A stretch of 64,000 nt of DNA, taken from contig JAQFVV010000005.1 of assembly GCA_028023455.1 (NCBI GenBank), positions 13,454,001 through 13,518,000 of the forward strand. The letters run 5' to 3'. Positions within the stretch are counted from its first letter, which is position 1. Each line of letters starts with the position of its first letter. The DNA is from Epiperipatus broadwayi. Taxonomy: Eukaryota > Animalia > Onychophora. A model generated the notes under the pieces. It had not been told where the DNA came from. It was given only the letters and a program-made list of their open reading frames with translations, and did no database searches. Shown here piece after piece: positions 61,101-64,000 of this stretch. The position numbers and the translations under genes were made by a program.

Positions 61101-62942
61101 CACAATACACTAGAAGGGAATCATCAGCTATGATGGCCATTGGGGAAGGACCCTAATAGACAAAATTAAAATTTACAGAAGATCAAAACCAATTGCTGTG
61201 CAGCTTGACATTTCGGCAGCTTTTGATTTGGTCAGACTCAACAATCTAATGGGTATACTAGCAGAACTTTCAATTCCATCAGCTATCATTGATTATTCAC
61301 ATGCTAAATAACAGGAAAATTGCCATTTCCCTAAATGACAAACTATCACAAGCATTCCAACCAGATTTATCCATCCCATAGGGATCCCCACACAGTGCGT
61401 TATTTATAACATACATAAACCCATTTCTAAAACAAAGACCTCAAGCTATCAGAAATATATATTAACAGACTAAAAAAGCCTATAAAGGCCGTTGCGTACA
61501 TGGATGATATCCAAATCTTCTTACTATTCTACAAATACCTTCCAAAACTCTATAAAATTCTCGAACAATTTTCGCTTAGCTCAGGCCTCCGAATAAATCC
61601 CCCCAGCCACATGAGAATTACCTTGGACAAGAAGAAAAGTTTAAAGCTGAACCTCAGAAATTTCTCAGGTTTGCAATAGCAAAATCATTAACACAAATGT
61701 CAAAAGAAGTACAAGACATGATAATTAATGCCATGGAGATACTAACAAAAAACTAGCAATGGTATACCTTTTCTTTCAAGGGAAAGTGTCCCTGCTAAAC
61801 ATGAAATCACAATGGCCAAAATTAACTATTATCTCCCCATTATTAAAACTTCTAAGAGATTCATAAACAAAATAAACTCCCTAGCAGCCAGATTATTCTG
61901 GAAAGGTAAAGTGGCCACTCTAAGTATCAAATCAATGCAACAGCCGAGAAAATTTAATGGAATCTCATTCCACTCCATAGAAGCATTTGAATTACAAAAG
62001 ATGCAGTTTAATAAACCATTTAATACATTCATCAAACCACAAAACCATACTAAACCAGTACTCTCAACAGACCGCTCTTCACCTCAGAAAGTAAACTGAA
62101 TAGATTCAAGCATAAATGAACTAAGACACTGAAAAAGTATTCAAAACTAAATTAAAAATCTTGGATGCCTATTCTCTTATATATCCTCAACTAAGATCCA
62201 TCCCAGGAACACTTAATTTAACAAATCAAAAGATTACAAAGCTCTTTAAGGACTGAAACATGGAGCCCAAGTACATGGACTTTACCATTAAGATACACAT
62301 GAATGCCTTATCAACCAATTGGTTTTTAAAATACAGAAGAGGATTTTCAATAATAAAACCCATCTGCCCATTATGTGATAAAGAAAAAAACATTTGAACA
62401 TGTAATTAAAACATGCACAGGGCTATGCAAGTTCAAAAAAAATATTTATAATAGGTCCTTAAAGAAAGCCTTCTAACCAAACAATTTGCAACCATAAGGC
62501 TAACACTATTTATAACAATGGCATTATGGCAAGTTAAATGCCACAAAACTTTCAATCACCTCCATCAAAACGAAGAACAATTTTTTTTTAAACAAAATGG
62601 CAGAGATGAAAAAAAGGGACAAAATCTTGGCATCTACAAATAGATATAGATATATGGAGCCTTTTCAAAATAACAGAATAGAATGAGAAAACACCGGAAG
62701 AATGAAAAAGGGAAAACGAAAGGAATAAAACAAAAACAAAGATAGAGCAAATTAAAATCGCAATCCCAAGCACAGGAACTAAGGAAAAAAATAGAAAGTT
62801 CACAGAAAAGACTTTAATTGGTTAAATATCCTTAGTTTACTTGGATAATCCTAATTTGAAAATAATGTAAAAAACTTTTGTTTTTTTATTGTAACCCTAT
62901 TTGATTATGATTTAATACATAAATAAATATTAGGAGAAAAAA
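58190..62942 (+). mobile_element. L1/Tx1-like LINE C, near full length (ORF1 + ORF2), decayed, related to LINE A
   Basis: ORF1 with two zinc knuckles (CFYCLQ..H..C and CANCGGKKNHFHRC, ~58530-58625). ORF2 APE (IILGDFN ~60031, DHYA ~60241), RT (NIRPIS, QLDISAAFDLV, AYMDDIQI), KINSLAARLFWKGKV, PICPLCDKE knuckle. aataaa plus A-tract at ~62920-62942. No convincing TSD. Confidence 0.87.
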
Positions 62943-63247
62943 AACAAAGGATGTAAAAGTTTAGAATTCAATTACAAATTATAATTATGTAAATTGATTA
63001 TAATTATGTTTATAACAATAGAGTATTAAATCACGAGTTTTATTATATTATATGCTTTCAGAAATTAATCAGAGTATAAAAACAAACTCAAATTTATATA
63101 TATTAATCTTCTATTTTGTCATTGAACTAATAACTACATTTGTATTTAGTATTTTACTAGCATACATTTTTGCTTTGCCTTTTGATAATTTGAGCTACTA
63201 TTAATTGGTAAGCTCTTTACTTCATTTTCAATCACTTTTCTTTTAAG

Positions 63248-64000
63248 ATGAGTCGTTCAAATCAATATTTGGATCCTTTTAAGTTCAATGCTGGTGAAAG
63301 TGAAAATGTTCATTTTGTTTCCAATGTTTCTAAAGATATTGCTATGTCTCATTCTGAAATTATTCAGAATGCTAGTATGCACTTTTTGGAAAGTAGTGCT
63401 ACTCAAAAAAGTTTATCTGACTCTATTATATCATTTAAATCTCCTTTAAATAAATCGTTTTTTATTTCAAAGGCTGAACAACTTATTAATACTAATATTA
63501 TAAATAAGAAAAATTCCAATACTAGCTTAGATTCGGTTGCTATGCAAAATAAATCTACCAAAAATACTTCTGCTGTTCAAATTCCTTATAATGTAATGGT
63601 TCCCGATGACAATATTAACTTTGAAACTGAAAAACATGATTTTATATAAAAAAATAATATTTTAGAAGTAAAAACAGAGAATGTTAATTTTGATATAGTT
63701 AACTAATTCGAACGTTCCATTTAATAATTCAAAAAATATTTCAAATGCAAACTCAAATATTTCTAATTTTGTCTCTTCTGATCTGAATTCTTCTAATAAT
63801 GTTAAAAATCAGGTTTTTATTTCTCAAAATAATGTTTTATTATCAAAAAATAACTCTGTGATTCCTGATATTGTTTATAAAAAATATTTTCAATTAGTAA
63901 ATGGAGCTTTTATAGAAATCAACAATCATTCCTCAGTTGAACCTTTTGGAAGTCCGAAAACACACTTGGAATCTTATTCACAGTCTCATACTTCTGATTT
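63248..64000 (+). pseudogene. N/S/K-rich ORF of unknown origin, disrupted after 133 aa, continuing past the window edge
   Basis: ORF 63248-63649 followed by the same low-complexity composition in a shifted frame; preceded by an intron-like GTAAG...TTTTAAG (63208-63247). Could be a TE ORF1/N-terminus or a host gene remnant. Confidence 0.35.

Noticed and set aside
1-64000. CRISPR array, tRNA, rRNA, or Fanzor/TnpB gene
   Set aside because: No repeat-spacer array, no cloverleaf with A/B boxes and no rRNA-like tract. No RuvC triad with a zinc finger and RD.NAA-type motif in the supplied ORFs or frames I read; a very decayed copy cannot be excluded without an HMM search.
1-64000. Genome-wide alternative genetic code suggested by in-frame TGA/TAA/TAG at conserved positions
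   Set aside because: Stops coexist with many frameshifts and replace varied residues by single substitutions, as expected from neutral decay; the nearly intact Merlin ORF uses the standard code.

Overview
Strongly AT-rich eukaryotic (probably invertebrate animal) DNA made almost entirely of nested, decayed transposable elements, with one 500-N assembly gap (14930-15429). No intact host gene, rRNA, tRNA or CRISPR array could be supported. Recognisable content: at least five Merlin (IS1016/ISXO2-like, IS1595 family) elements or element ends, two with transposase remnants; two Penelope-like elements (PLEs), one split by about six insertions and one retaining RT plus GIY-YIG; three L1/Tx1-like LINE insertions, all in sense orientation inside PLE coding sequence; a near full-length RTE LINE with a TSD; two Ty3/Gypsy (Mag/K02A2.6-like) elements, one with both LTRs, PBS and PPT; hAT elements (ZMYM/DUF4371-type transposase, Buster-type fragment, MITE with a perfect 8-bp TSD); pogo-like MITEs; and several fold-back palindromes. 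The least explained signals are: (i) Merlin end architecture, namely ~200-bp spacerless terminal palindromes, a branched hairpin end, and a CTCF-like motif at a fixed +26 offset from the terminal GG in four ends; (ii) repeated LINE-into-PLE insertion, once with a ~38-bp target duplication; (iii) two unidentified coding-like remnants (16-19.6 kb; 35.5-36.3 kb). All alignments and translations were done by eye, so boundaries without a TSD are approximate.
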